A DNA stretch of 64,000 nucleotides from Chrysomallon squamiferum (GCA_012295275.1 CM022670.1:22320001-22384000), one strand, 5' to 3'; counted from the stretch's first letter, positions 43,801-56,090 are shown. The notes: a model not told the origin generated them from the letters alone. A program made the numbers and translations.

Positions 43801-44146
43801 TGTAGTATACAGTTATTGCTCGAGCATCTGTACATTCAACCTCATCTATAGCTACTGAAAGAAATTACCAGATTCCTTTTTTTTTTTTTTTTTTTTTTTT
43901 TTCTTTTTTTTTTTTTTTTCAGCTGACATGCGCATGAACAAATTGCAGGAAGGTCTTCAACAGCAGAGACGACTGATTGAGCAGCTTCGTTGCGAGGCTC
44001 AGATCACTCGGATGAGAGTGTCACAAGTCATTGAGGATATAGTCAAATACTGTGACACCCATAGAGAGGAGGATGTACTTATAACTGGCTTTAACAAGCC
44101 CCAGGAGAATCCTTTCAAGGAGAAGGGTGGATGCACAATATTATAA
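40802..44146 (+). CDS. G-protein gamma subunit, copy B2 (Ggamma1-like): ATG-G at 40802-40805, optional microexon 41879-41896, main exon 43923-44146
   Basis: The main exon differs from B1 at 2 residues. tacag|ATTTCAGCAAAATGG|gtgagt joins in frame to the poly-T acceptor cag|CTGACATG. A candidate UTR exon lies at 39901-39979. Confidence 0.92.
41879..41896 (+). other. 18-nt phase-1 microexon of G-gamma B2
   Basis: Same sequence and splice sites as 23630-23647; TACTAAC at 41826-41832. Confidence 0.8.
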
Positions 44147-44447
44147 GTTTCAGCATTTGTTGTTAGCTTAGAGTCATCTGCAGAAGACTTTTGACTGACT
44201 ATTTATTTCTGTGTACAATGCTTTTTCACATGAATAAAATTTTAAGAAAAAGTGTATTATCATAAAATATTTCATTTTGGAAACCTGACTGAAAATATTT
44301 ATTTGTTTTATTAGTTACATTTCTGAATGAGAATTAAAAACAACATTGCTCCAAGTGAACGAATTTAGGCAGTGATTCTCAAACGTGAATTTTTTTTTAT
44401 AACTGGCATCTGATGACGACAACAAATAAATAAATAAAAAGATAAAG

Positions 44448-44478
<31 letters not shown>

Positions 44479-46360
44479 TTAAAAAAATTTCAATCAAATG
44501 TAATTGAAGTAATTTAAGATTTGTTTAATGTGTTTCATCTTAGAATCTCTTCATATACTAAGAACTAAAATGTGTTGTATAAAAGCATTTATGAACATTG
44601 TAATACTTAACTTTTATCTTTTTCTTTATAAATCACTTATTTTATGTACATGTAAACAATTTCCCATTTAAAAGTAAAGCTTGTTTAAAAATAACTACCA
44701 TATTGAAGTTACATAAAAAAAGAAAGATTTCATATTTGACAATTTTAACAATATCATGCACATGTTACATAAATAAAATTTGAAAATATGGAAATGTTAA
44801 CAACAGATGTTTGTTTCAATGAAGGCTATTTCAACATGTAACAACCAAATCAAATATTAATGTCAAACAATTTATGTGAATGAACAATTAATGGCATACC
44901 AGTATAAAGAAAATTTCAGCTTTTTGAATGTCATACAATTATTTCATTTTATCATTTATATCGTGTAATAAAAACTTCAGTTTTCAAGTTAAAAAAATAT
45001 TCGGTTTTTTTAAATATATTTTAATTTTATATGAAAAAAATGTCATGCCTTTGGTATCTAAAAAAATAATTTTAAAAACCCAGTATTTTATGGGAAGATC
45101 ATTTTTTGTTCATTGATCTGTAGCTGTTTTATTTATTATTATTAGACTTTTTGTGATATACACGGGTGAACTGAAATTTAACAGGTAGCAAGTTTTGAGA
45201 CAAATTCATTTTATTTGTACAAATCAGCAGTGGTTTTTATTGTCTGATTTTTTGTACTTACATCATTTTCATCTAATACACCATTAATAATCTTTCCTTT
45301 GAATACTACATGTTCACTTTTTAGATTAATTTTATGTAGTATAAATGTGTAGTTTAATTAAAATAATCTGAATGTGAATGTTGTTTTGTTTCCTTATATC
45401 CACACAACATAATGGCCCTCTAATGGAGAATGATCATATATCACACTAAAGCTTAACAATTACTACAATATATCTTTATTATTTCTACGAAGCTAGTTTG
45501 AGTGTAAATTGTTGTTGTTGCCTGAAGAAACTCTCAATAAAGAATAGTTTTAAAATGGAAAAATGAAGATGATTTTGGAGATGGACAAGTGTTAATGATC
45601 AAAAGAGCAAAGCACATATATCACAAACAGTTCTTTGAACATTTTAAAATTGTTATTGTTATTGTTATTATGATTTTTTTGTTATTATTATTTTTATTTA
45701 TTTGTGATATACATAATTCATTAATCTTCTAATCTAAATATTTTTATATTAAACCCACATAACCAACTGCTGTGCATTTATTTCTGTTGCAGAGTTGTTA
45801 TAAATATGATTTAGAACCACGATTTATTCAGTTTCACGAAGATAAAAAAATAAATATATATATTGCATTGAATAAAAAATCCAATAGAACAAAGGCATAC
45901 ATTTTCAGAAATAATGCACTAGAAACAAATGTTATCATTATCATAAACCATGAATTCAAGACTGTAACCTTTAACTGAACCAGGTATCAGTATGTATCTG
46001 TTATTTAAATTCATAGTGGCAAATTCAGGTGGTGATAACTGATAAGTGTTTAAATACATAATAGCTAAGCTATATGAAAAAAGTGTCAGACTGACCTAAA
46101 CACAGTGCAGAAAAATGTTACTAAAGTTATTCATAGTACTTAATTAAAATGCATTGATTATTTGGTGTCATTGGCTATTAAATATCAAATATATGGTATT
46201 CTGACACTTCTAAATTGGAAAAAAATTGATTTTTCTTTTTTTTTGTTTTTTTTTGCTACAGAAATAAACACATTTAATGGAGTTTTTGATAAGGTATCAC
46301 AGGATGCTGGGTGAAACTCAAATAGTAGATACCACTTCTTGAATAGTTTCTAATAATGTG

Positions 46361-47090
46361 CATTAAACCATACTGTCAAATATACTGAGCCTAAGTGTGT
46401 GTGTGTGTTCATTAAACCATACTGTCAAATATACCGAGCCTAAGTGTGTGTGTGTGTTCATTAAACCATACTGTCAAATATACTGAGCCTAAGTGTGTGT
46501 GTGTGTTCATTAAACCATACTGTCAAATATACGGAGCCTAAGTGTGTGTGTGTGTTCATTAAACCATACTGTCAAATATACGGAGCCTAAGTGTGTGTGT
46601 GTGTGTGTTCATTAAACCATACTGTCAAATATTAAACCATACTGTCAAATATAGCCCTAAGTGTGTGTGTGTGTTCATTAAACCATACTGTCAAATATAT
46701 TGAGCCTAAGTGTGTGTGTGTACATTAAACCATACTGTCAAATATATTGAGTGTTCATTAAACCATACTGTGTGTGTGTGTGTGTACATTAAACCATACT
46801 GTCAAATATATTGAGCCTAAGTGTGTGTGTGTGTGTTCATTAAACCATACTGTCAAATATATTGAGCCTAAGTGTGTGTGTGTACATTAAACCATACTGT
46901 CAAATATATTGAGCCTAAGTGTGTGTGTGTGTGTACATTAAACCATACTGTCAAATATATTGAGCCTAAGTGTGTGTGTATGTATGTACATTAAACCATA
47001 CTGTCAAATGTACTGAGCCTAAGTGTGTGTGCTTGCATATACATTAAACCATACCTTCAATTGTACTGAGCCTAAGTCTGTGTGTGTGTT
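46361..47090. repeat. Minisatellite, ~15-16 units of ~47-53 bp: CATTAAACCATACTGTCAAATATA(C/T)TGAGCCTAAG + (TG)n
   Basis: Directly visible tandem units with a constant core and a variable TG tract; a few truncated units lie in the middle. Confidence 0.97.
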
Positions 47091-48267
47091 TAATGATGGA
47101 AATGGGTAATAACTGCATTCCCTTCTCTTTAGTTTCCAGAGTTCATCCAATTTATGAACTAATATGGTGACATTTATTAGCTTCCCTTTGACTAGTGTCT
47201 TGGAATAAAAATTAACTTGTATGCTTTCTGGATCATTCTCCCTGAAGTGGACAAATTGGGAAATTTTATGTGTTTTCAATACACATAAAGTGCAATGTGC
47301 CCATTTTTGTTAGGCATTACAGTATTGATTGTCAAAGTAAAATTATATTTCTGTTGTTTAATGTTGCACAAGACATTATCCAAATAAAATTGCTAGGAAT
47401 ACAAGCATATTATTTATTTAATATTTTTGTCATAAAATAAATGATTAAAAAAAAATAAAAAAACACTTTGTTTCTTAATCATAACTCTTTCTGTACACTT
47501 GGTTGAATTAACAAAGAACAATCAAGAAAATGCCACCATTTTTAATACTGAAAAATAATTTACATGTAATTAATTTAATAAATAAACTTGTTAAATCACA
47601 GTATCTTTTTATTATCTTCAAAATTACAAATTATGAGAAAACTGTTAAATGAAGTTCACAACTGGGAGCTGGAGGGACATGACACACTCACACATACAAT
47701 TGCCTTGTTTTTAATGTCGAAAAAATAATTTAACTTAATAATAATAATGATAATAATAATAATAATAATAATAATATTGGCGTTTCCTGATGACCTTTTG
47801 GTATTAAACATTCTCCCCTTCCATACCTTAATACTGTTACAATAACAGTAACAATAATATTATTAAAAAATAAATAAAATGATAAATATAGGCAATGCAA
47901 GTAACTACATTACACTGTATGCATGCGTACGTACTTACATACATACGTACATTCATAATATATGGGTTTTGTTTAAGTTTTTTTTTCTTGGACAATGAAA
48001 ATAAGCATATAAGATCGAGTATCTCGTGACTTAAGGCCGGCGCCTTATTAAGAAAATAAATAAATAATAAAGAGCAGAACACTTGAAAAGAGCCATATTT
48101 TCCAACGAAAGGGATGAAAATTCAGAGGATTATTTTATATATGTATGTATAGATAATAAAATGGACATTTTTTCAACGTTCTGCGCGATAGCATCATGTT
48201 TTTTTTATCTCCAGCCATTAAGATAAATAACTCAAAACTGCATGAGACATATTGCATTTCTGTCAAG

Positions 48268-48432
48268 CAATATGGCGTCATTCTTATCGTATGGTTAAGT
48301 TACGTTTAGACAATGAAAGAGGAAACCAGTTGTCCCCGGCGATATTTGTTTCGTTTTTTTTTTTTTTGATCACCAACAAATTCTTTTAAGTGCTACTTTC
48401 CAGAGACAAAGTAGTATCATATATACTTTGGA
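48268..48432 (+). mobile_element. Degenerate interspersed (SINE-like) repeat fragment
   Basis: The motif order TATGGCGTCA...TATGGTTAAG...GAGGAAACC...TCTTTT...CAGAGACA...GTAGTA resembles, from memory, an abundant gastropod repeat. Related stubs occur near 8570, 36735, 37590 and 56400. Not verified by a search. Confidence 0.35.
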
Positions 48433-48975
48433 AAACTAAGAAACGCCTAGAGACCAACTGCAATTAGGCAGATCGATCATGCAATGTTTTGTCTGCAGAA
48501 CCTCAGTATACTGAATTCGGTTAACTATATTACTGAAAGAGGAGCATCTGTTAATAATACCTTAAACACAGTGAAGACATTTTTTTTTTTTAGTTGATTT
48601 CATTTACCATTTCTGTGTCAGGGATTCGCTGTTATTAAAGCCATTTGATTTGTTCCTAGGAAAGTGATTTTATGAGTATCTTATATAGTGAGTAATTAGT
48701 GAGTTCCGTACGGTATGTATGATCGTATCACATCATTTGTTCCACCCCCGTTACGCTTATTTGCATGGTCTACAGGTTTTACCACTCTGTATCAAAAGCA
48801 GGTCCTCAGAATATATGGAGACTAAAATGAATTTATAAACACTAAACGCAAGTATATTTTTAAACATAAGAATTTATTATATTTTGAAAAATATAAAAAA
48901 AAAAAAAAAAAAACAATAAAATATTTTTTTACAAATCAGTCATACTAATAGTTTTCTTTCTGGCATCAGTTAAGT

Positions 48976-49647
48976 CTATCCAATAACCTTGGGTGCACCG
49001 GCAGCGTACCTTCGTCCTGAAATTGATAGGTAAAGAGTCAGACGAACAGAAATACAGACTTACAAACATCCTAATGTCCAGATATATAGGAAAAACGTCT
49101 GAACGGAAAATAAAGTCAATTTACAAAAAAAAAAACAGATATATGGATAGGCAGGCTGACGGACTACTGGCAAATCGAATAAATAGTATTTGTTTAGATA
49201 ATCTGAAAGGACTGATGAATAAAGAGAGACAAGAACAAAGATAGAGAAATTTATATATGGATATGAAGGTAAATAAAGAGAAAGAATAAAAGACTGAGGC
49301 AGACAGAAATAGATAGATTAAATTTAAAGCAGATTAACGCAAACTATGTTAATTAATAAAATAGACTCACCGTAATCGAAGAAGTCATCAGACATAGCCA
49401 TAAGTCCAAGTCCGGCCATTCCTCCCATGCCCATCATACCCATACCCATTCCGTAACCCATGCCCATACCATAACCCATTCCTCCGTAGCCGTAACCTCC
49501 GTAACCGTAACCTCCGTAACCTCCGTACATGCAACCTCCGAACATGCAAGGTCTGCGCATCATAGGCATCATAGGAGGCATCATGAGAGTTTGAGAGATC
49601 TGGACCATTGTGACAAGAAGTGTGAGGGCGAAGACTAATTTGAGCAT
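48976..49647 (-). CDS. Secreted Gly/Met/Tyr-rich protein, paralog 1, 105 aa, coding exons 49647-49371 and 49016-48976
   Basis: Signal peptide MLKLVFALTLLVTMVQISQT, GGY/GM repeats, then G|gtgagt to tttcag|GA giving ...SDDFFDYGRRYAAGAPKVIG*. A UTR exon ends at 49970 and a TATA box lies at about 50040-50045. The structure is mirrored in paralog 2. Confidence 0.9.
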
Positions 49648-50029
49648 GATGATGTCTGTGAAGAATAGTATAAAAAAAAAAAATAATAATAAAACAGATG
49701 AATCAATGTATGAAGACTCATGGTATATTAATATTAAAAGTTTAATATAATCGAAGTTTATCAAGGGCTACTTTTGTTTTGACAAATGGCCGTGTTATTG
49801 CAGTTTTCTATATATCGTCAGAATCCATACTTCATTATTCCAAATTAAGATTATTAAATTTTATCAGATAAGAATAAACGCAAAATAATAATAATAATAA
49901 GAAGAAGAAGAACAACAACAACAACAACAAACCTCTACATTCTAAATTAAAATAAACATAAAAGCGTACCTTTCTTTGTTGTTTTGGAGTTACTAAGAAG
50001 CTGTGAGTTGGTTTGATTTGGAACTGTTT

Positions 50030-50120
50030 CTCCGGCCTCTTTATACCCTAACTTCTAGATTCGCTGATAAATGAGTTGTCTGTTGAAATGTCGTTCATTT
50101 GTCAAATAAACTAGATTACT
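50030..50120 (-). promoter_or_regulatory. TATA promoter of Gly/Met-rich paralog 1
   Basis: Minus-strand TAGGGTATAAAG. Upstream blocks (TTCTAGA, AATGA, ATGTCGTTC, TAAACT on +) are shared with 54820-54900. Confidence 0.7.
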
Positions 50121-52055
50121 GCATGTCATGTTATGTAAGAAAACAGGCTGCGTACATGTTCAACTGTGGCGTCACAACAACGAATTTACGTCCTAGTCTC
50201 TGAATGCAGTACATTTAGTCTGTAAATTCCTGTGATGTAATGCAATTCATGTTTGACGATGTAATCTTTGTTTTACAAATTTGTCTGTCCTATAAAGATG
50301 GTATGCATGATTTCTGGATACATACACATATCCAAATATATTAATGCATATTATACATAAACACACATACACACAAGTACATACTGACACGTAGACAGAT
50401 ACATTCATACGTGCATACATGCATACTTCATTCATACAAAATACGACAACAAAACAGTAATGATAATGACTAAACGACTATTAATTTTTGTGTATATGTA
50501 ATTTAAAAAAAAAATAATAATAATCACAGTAGCTAAATAATCGTATATATCTAAATATCTCTTAATTGTTAAAGTATTAGAGATTTCTTAGATATATACA
50601 TTTTGACAAGTTCTTTAGCTCACTTAGTTTCTTTCTTTATCATATATGCATTTCTTTGTATAATAACAAGGATATTAAAACTTTGAAAGGGCATTAAGAA
50701 ATATATTTATATATTAGCAAATACTTATATTCGTCTTAAGTTCGTTTATGTATTAAAATGGTATGTAGGTGAATGCCAATAACGTTTCAAGAACTACACT
50801 TAAGTTTTATTTCTTGTAGACGTGCATATCGCTATAATGCTGGAGAGGCAAGATTTATTAGAATCAAAACTTATTAAACAATTTCTGTTTGCATACATTA
50901 CGAATGTATTAAATTTACTACAACTGTTTGCACTTTCGAAATACGGCGGGTATTCATCTCTTTTTCTAAATGTTGATAATTCCATTTGTTTTGTGAAAGC
51001 CAATTTAAATACGAGTATATACAAAAAATTAAACATTGTTAATTTCTAAATATTCTTAGTAATCCTAATTATAAATGATTCCATTATTAATACAGTGTTT
51101 CAGTATAATCCTCTGTGGTCTGGGCTGTTTCCACGAAAGAAAGCATGCCGATATCAGAGAAGCAGTCTTGGATTTAAAGTCGTAAAGTCCTATGCCAGTG
51201 TTTCTTAGTGTTATTCACCTTCAAGTTTTATCACAAATTATCATTCTCTCTGTCGTTCCATTCACCCAATAATAATTTAATTCACTTTTCAATCTTGTTT
51301 TAAGATACACTAACATGAGCTATGAATAGCTGATCAAATACTCTTTTGTGAATATTAACATTAAATAAAGATTAAAATGAAATTATTATTATTAGTTTTT
51401 TTTTCATGAATTTTAATTAATTATATATTTAATTTTTGATCTGCGTAACTTCATAATCAGTGATCATATGTGCAATGTCTCGGTCCTGTTCAAGGCTTAC
51501 GTGGGTCGGGATCTGATCAAGACAAGATGGCTGCTTACACACTTTAGTATTTTTGTCGTGTTTCTTTCTTTTTCACTCTTCATCTCCACCTTCTACTCCT
51601 ACTCTTTCTTGTAAGTAATTTTATTCGCCATTAACATCCGTTTTCATTCTTAGATGGAACATAGAGGCATATACTAATCTTCTAGAAAATTCTTTTATTA
51701 TAATTTGATGGACGTATATTATGCATACTTTCAAGTTATATTTTAATTGTTTAATCTTAATTAATACAACAAAACAATACTGTTTAAGATACAAAATGAT
51801 AATTTGGAAGTATACAGAATTTCTATAGATCTTTTCTACTCTATATTAACATTTTAAGCTTTTTCTTTCTTTCTTTCTTTTTATTTGCACATTTTAGAAA
51901 ATTCATAAATTAAAATTGGTATAATTAAGAAAAGGTATTTTAATGTTCCTTTAACGGACTGTTTATAGCAAATATATTTAAAACAAAACAAACAACCAAA
52001 ACATATTCAAACTGTTTATTTACCATTAATACTCTACACACACGATTGGTTTTTC

Positions 52056-52094
52056 ATAATAATAATAATAATAGTAATAGTAATAATAATAGTA

Positions 52095-52147
<53 letters not shown>

Positions 52148-52239
52148 TAATAATAACAATAAGTCAATAGTAATAAAATAAAATAAAATAATAATATAAT
52201 AAATAAATAAATAAAATAAAAATAAATAATAAACAAATA

Positions 52240-52272
<33 letters not shown>

Positions 52273-52325
52273 TAATTAATTAATTAATTAATTAATTAAA
52301 TTGATATAAAATAAAATAAAATAAA
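52056..52325. repeat. (AAT)n/(AAAT)n/(AATT)n low-complexity tract
   Basis: Direct inspection. Confidence 0.9.
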
Positions 52326-52807
52326 ACCCGGAACATGTGAAACTTGGGGTTTATTATTAATTACATCATTAGTGTTTGATTGCTGATTTAGATATTAAAA
52401 GACCATTTTTAAAACGGTTGTCATTTTAAAAATAACATATAAATTGTTCTTATTTAAGAGCCATATTGTTTTGATATATAACTTACGTAGGCGAAAACTA
52501 AACTAATACGCATTGATCTACTGTTCTCGAGAGTTTTAAAAATAAAACAGTTAATTTCATTTAGTTTCTGTATTATTTAGCATTGCAGGATAAATGAAAT
52601 AACTGGGTTCTCTGCCAAACACACGCTCACTTTCGTTTTTGGTAATATCTTATAATGACAACGAATGAACTGGCCGGTGTAAAATGACTGAATATTTCAA
52701 ATATATGATGACTTATTCGATTGAATTAAAGACAACATTCACTTATATTCCAGCAAAACACATAAACAGAACATTATATGTTTTGGTTTTGTTACTTGTA
52801 ACATAAT

Positions 52808-52900
52808 TGTATGTATGTATGTATGTATGTATGTATGTATGTATGTATGTATGTATGTATGTATGTATGTATGTGTGTATGTATGTATGCATGTATGTAT
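52808..52900. repeat. (TATG)n microsatellite
   Basis: Direct inspection; it explains the MYVC-repeat ORFs. Confidence 0.95.
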
Positions 52901-53078
52901 GTATCTTTCACATTTGTAAGAGTATATATATATGTATGTGTATGTATGTCAGTAGGGATATGTATGAGTGTGTGTGTTTATGTGTGTGTGTGTATTCGTG
53001 TGTAAACATATAGAGAGCGACAGAAAGAAAGAGAGTGATCCTTGTGCACGCATTTATAATTTATAAGATAAATAAACA

Positions 53079-53124
<46 letters not shown>

Positions 53125-53139
53125 AAGTAAATAACTAAC

Positions 53140-53170
<31 letters not shown>

Positions 53171-53655
53171 AAGTAATAAATTAATTAACTTAATTTAATT
53201 TGCATGATAAACAAATAAGACTGTAGACCACTGTCCAGGACGAGGATCCCTTCATCTGAAAAGTTTCGATGTCCGAAGTGATGATATTTTACAACTTTTG
53301 GATTGTTTTGTACGCTCAAACTTGTTAAAAAAAAAAAAATGTTATATTTAAAAAAAAAAAAAAAAAAAAAACAACAACCAAAAACACACACACATACAAT
53401 ACTGATGGAATCCCAACCTCGTTCTTAAATGCAAGGTACTTGTTTGATTCAAAGTATATCAGCCCAGTATAATAATGATATGAGACTATTTTGCCTTTAA
53501 GCTTATTTATTAAAAATGTAAACAAAATTAACTGATCAACACATTTCTTTTTAAATAAACAATTTATTACATTTAAAAAATCACCAAAAGATTTTTTTTC
53601 AAAACAGTCAATATATAAATATATATTTTTTTTTTCTTTCTAACATCAATAACTT

Positions 53656-54337
53656 CTATCCAACAATTTTGGGTGCACCGCTGGCTAGTCTTCTTCCTGA
53701 AATTGATAAAATATATAGGTAAATAGACGAAGAGACACACAAAGGCACGGACATGCTAAGAGATCACTAGAGAGAAAGACTGAAAAAAAAAAAAAAAAAG
53801 AAAAGTTTACAGATGGATGTAGGTAGAACGACAGATTGGCAAATTAAATAAATTGTATTTGATTTGATAATCAAAAAAAAAAAAGGGTTGATGATTAAAA
53901 AGAGAGACAAGAAAAAAGATAGAGAAATTTATATATAAATACGAAGGATTAGAAAGAGAAAGAGTAAGAATCTGAGGTAGAAACAGAGAGATTAAATTCA
54001 AAAGCAGATTAACGCAAACTATGTTAATTAATAAAATAGACTCACCGTAATCGAATAAGTCATCAGACATCGCCAAAAGTCCAAGTCCGGCCATTCCTCC
54101 CATGCCCATCATACCCATGCCCATTCCGTAACCCCCCATGCCCATGCCCATGCCCATTCTTCCGTAGCCGTAACCTCCGTAACCTCCGTATCCTCCAAAT
54201 CCTCCGTATCCTCCGTACATGCAACGTCCGTACATACAAGGTCTGCGCATCATCGGCATCATTGGCATTCCGTAGCCAGCTTGCGAGATCTGGACCATTG
54301 TGACTAGAAGTGCGAGGGCGAAGACTAGTTTGAGCAT
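53656..54337 (-). CDS. Secreted Gly/Met/Tyr-rich protein, paralog 2, 110 aa, coding exons 54337-54046 and 53696-53656
   Basis: Signal peptide MLKLVFALALLVTMVQISQA and GGY/GM repeats. The spliced C-terminus is ...SDDLFDYGRRLASGAPKIVG*. A UTR exon ends at 54760 (CAA|gtaagt). Confidence 0.9.
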
Positions 54338-54490
54338 GATGATGTCTGTGAAGAATAACAAGACAATAAATAACGTGGCAAAACTTTTAATGCGACCTAT
54401 GCTGCTTTGCAGTCAGAGATTACTCTTGGAATTAATAGTCAGTAAATTCGATCTATTTTGTTAATCTGAAATAAAACAAATTTCTCTTTT

Positions 54491-54553
<63 letters not shown>

Positions 54554-54814
54554 TTTCTTTTTATTTATTTATTATTATAATTATTATTCAGGAATGACAA
54601 AATATTAAATAATTATAAAGTCGAAATAAACGAATTAACAAGAACAATTATGTACACAGCAGTATTATGCATAACGTTTAAATTACTATGAAATATTATT
54701 TCGTATTTACTGTATTTCAAGAGATCACTTTAGTAAAATATAAAAGCAAAGTCACTTACTTGAGAGAGTTGTTGAGAACTGAAGTCAGTTTGATTCTGTT
54801 CTCTGTCGTCCAAA

Positions 54815-54905
54815 CCGTGTCTTTATATACCCTATTTTCTAGACATTCTAACTAATGATGTGTCCATCCAGATGTCGTTCCCTTGACATGTAAACTGATG
54901 TACAA
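54815..54905 (-). promoter_or_regulatory. TATA promoter of Gly/Met-rich paralog 2
   Basis: Minus-strand TAGGGTATATAAAG at about 54821-54835, alignable with the paralog 1 promoter. Confidence 0.7.
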
Positions 54906-55400
54906 CAAAGACATTACGAAATAAAACAAAGAACAGTCAGACATTTGATAAATGCGATAGAGAAGAAGCAGTTACATCACATTCATTAGGTAATATTTCA
55001 TTTTCAGAGGCTTTAAAACACAAGACAGATATTCAAAAATAAAAAGTCTGTTTACTCTCCGATCTCCCCCAAAAATAACCGAAACGAACCAAACAAACAA
55101 AAACAACAAAATAATAATATTAAATAAATAAATAAATAAAAGATAAATATATAAAAAAAAAAAGAGAAAAACTGTAAGAAAAACAATACATCGCAAAAAC
55201 AGTCATACTAAATTTCCTTTGAGCTTTTTGCATTTTGTTTTTAAATCAAAAACGTGATTATCTAAGTTATCATTGTTATGTTGTATGTTATTCACTCTCT
55301 CTAGCGCACATATACACTGTCATAAAAACACATACATTCTCACAAACACACTCACATATATACACTAGCACATACAAAAGCAGCACACACGCACACATAA

Positions 55401-55486
55401 TATTATGAAGGCCCTTTTTTTGAGGTCCCTGGTTCAGCGGCACCATTTGCACAAAAAAGATTCTTGGTAAATCCAAATATGGAAAT
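55401..55486 (+). repeat. ~85-bp dispersed repeat, copy 1
   Basis: TATTATGAAGGCCC...GGTCCCTGGTTCAGCGGCACCATTTGCACAAAAAAG.TTCTTGGT..TCCA.ATATGGAAA recurs at 56091-56175. Confidence 0.9.
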
Positions 55487-55650
<164 letters not shown>

Positions 55651-56090
55651 TCACAAAGCCGGATTAAGATCCTTAGAGGTCCTAAGCACAAAAACAATTT
55701 GTATGAAACTCAAATATAAACAACAATAAATCCTAAAATAAAATTTATTTTTCGAAAGGAAACAAAACTTATAGTGAGCTGGAAAATAATGTTTATTTTT
55801 GTGTATTTCCACTATATTTATATTTGCTAAGTTTTCTCCTGTTTTTTTAAATGCTTAAGTGTTTGGTCAAATTCTCCAGACATATTTAGTTATTATTTTA
55901 ATATATATCATTAACTCCTCATAATATTTATTATTATTATTTTTGTTATTGCAGTGTGTATGTATGTGTTTGTATATATGTGTGTATGGTGTATGTGTGT
56001 ATATATGTATGTGTGTGTGTGTATGTATGTATGTGTATGTATATATGTATGTATGTATATGTATATATATATATTTGCATTTATTATGGA

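Noticed and set aside
46361-47090. CRISPR-like repeat-spacer appearance
   Set aside because: The 'spacers' are only variable-length (TG)n, there are no cas genes, and the context is eukaryotic.
49520-49560. C-x4-C ring resembling oxytocin/vasopressin spacing
   Set aside because: No PxG-GKR and no neurophysin domain; the spacing alone is insufficient.
53807-54045. Long hydrophobic C-terminal tail in the ORF track for the Gly/Met proteins (also 49324-49370)
   Set aside because: It is read-through past a consensus G|GTGAGT donor; a conserved downstream exon exists in both paralogs.
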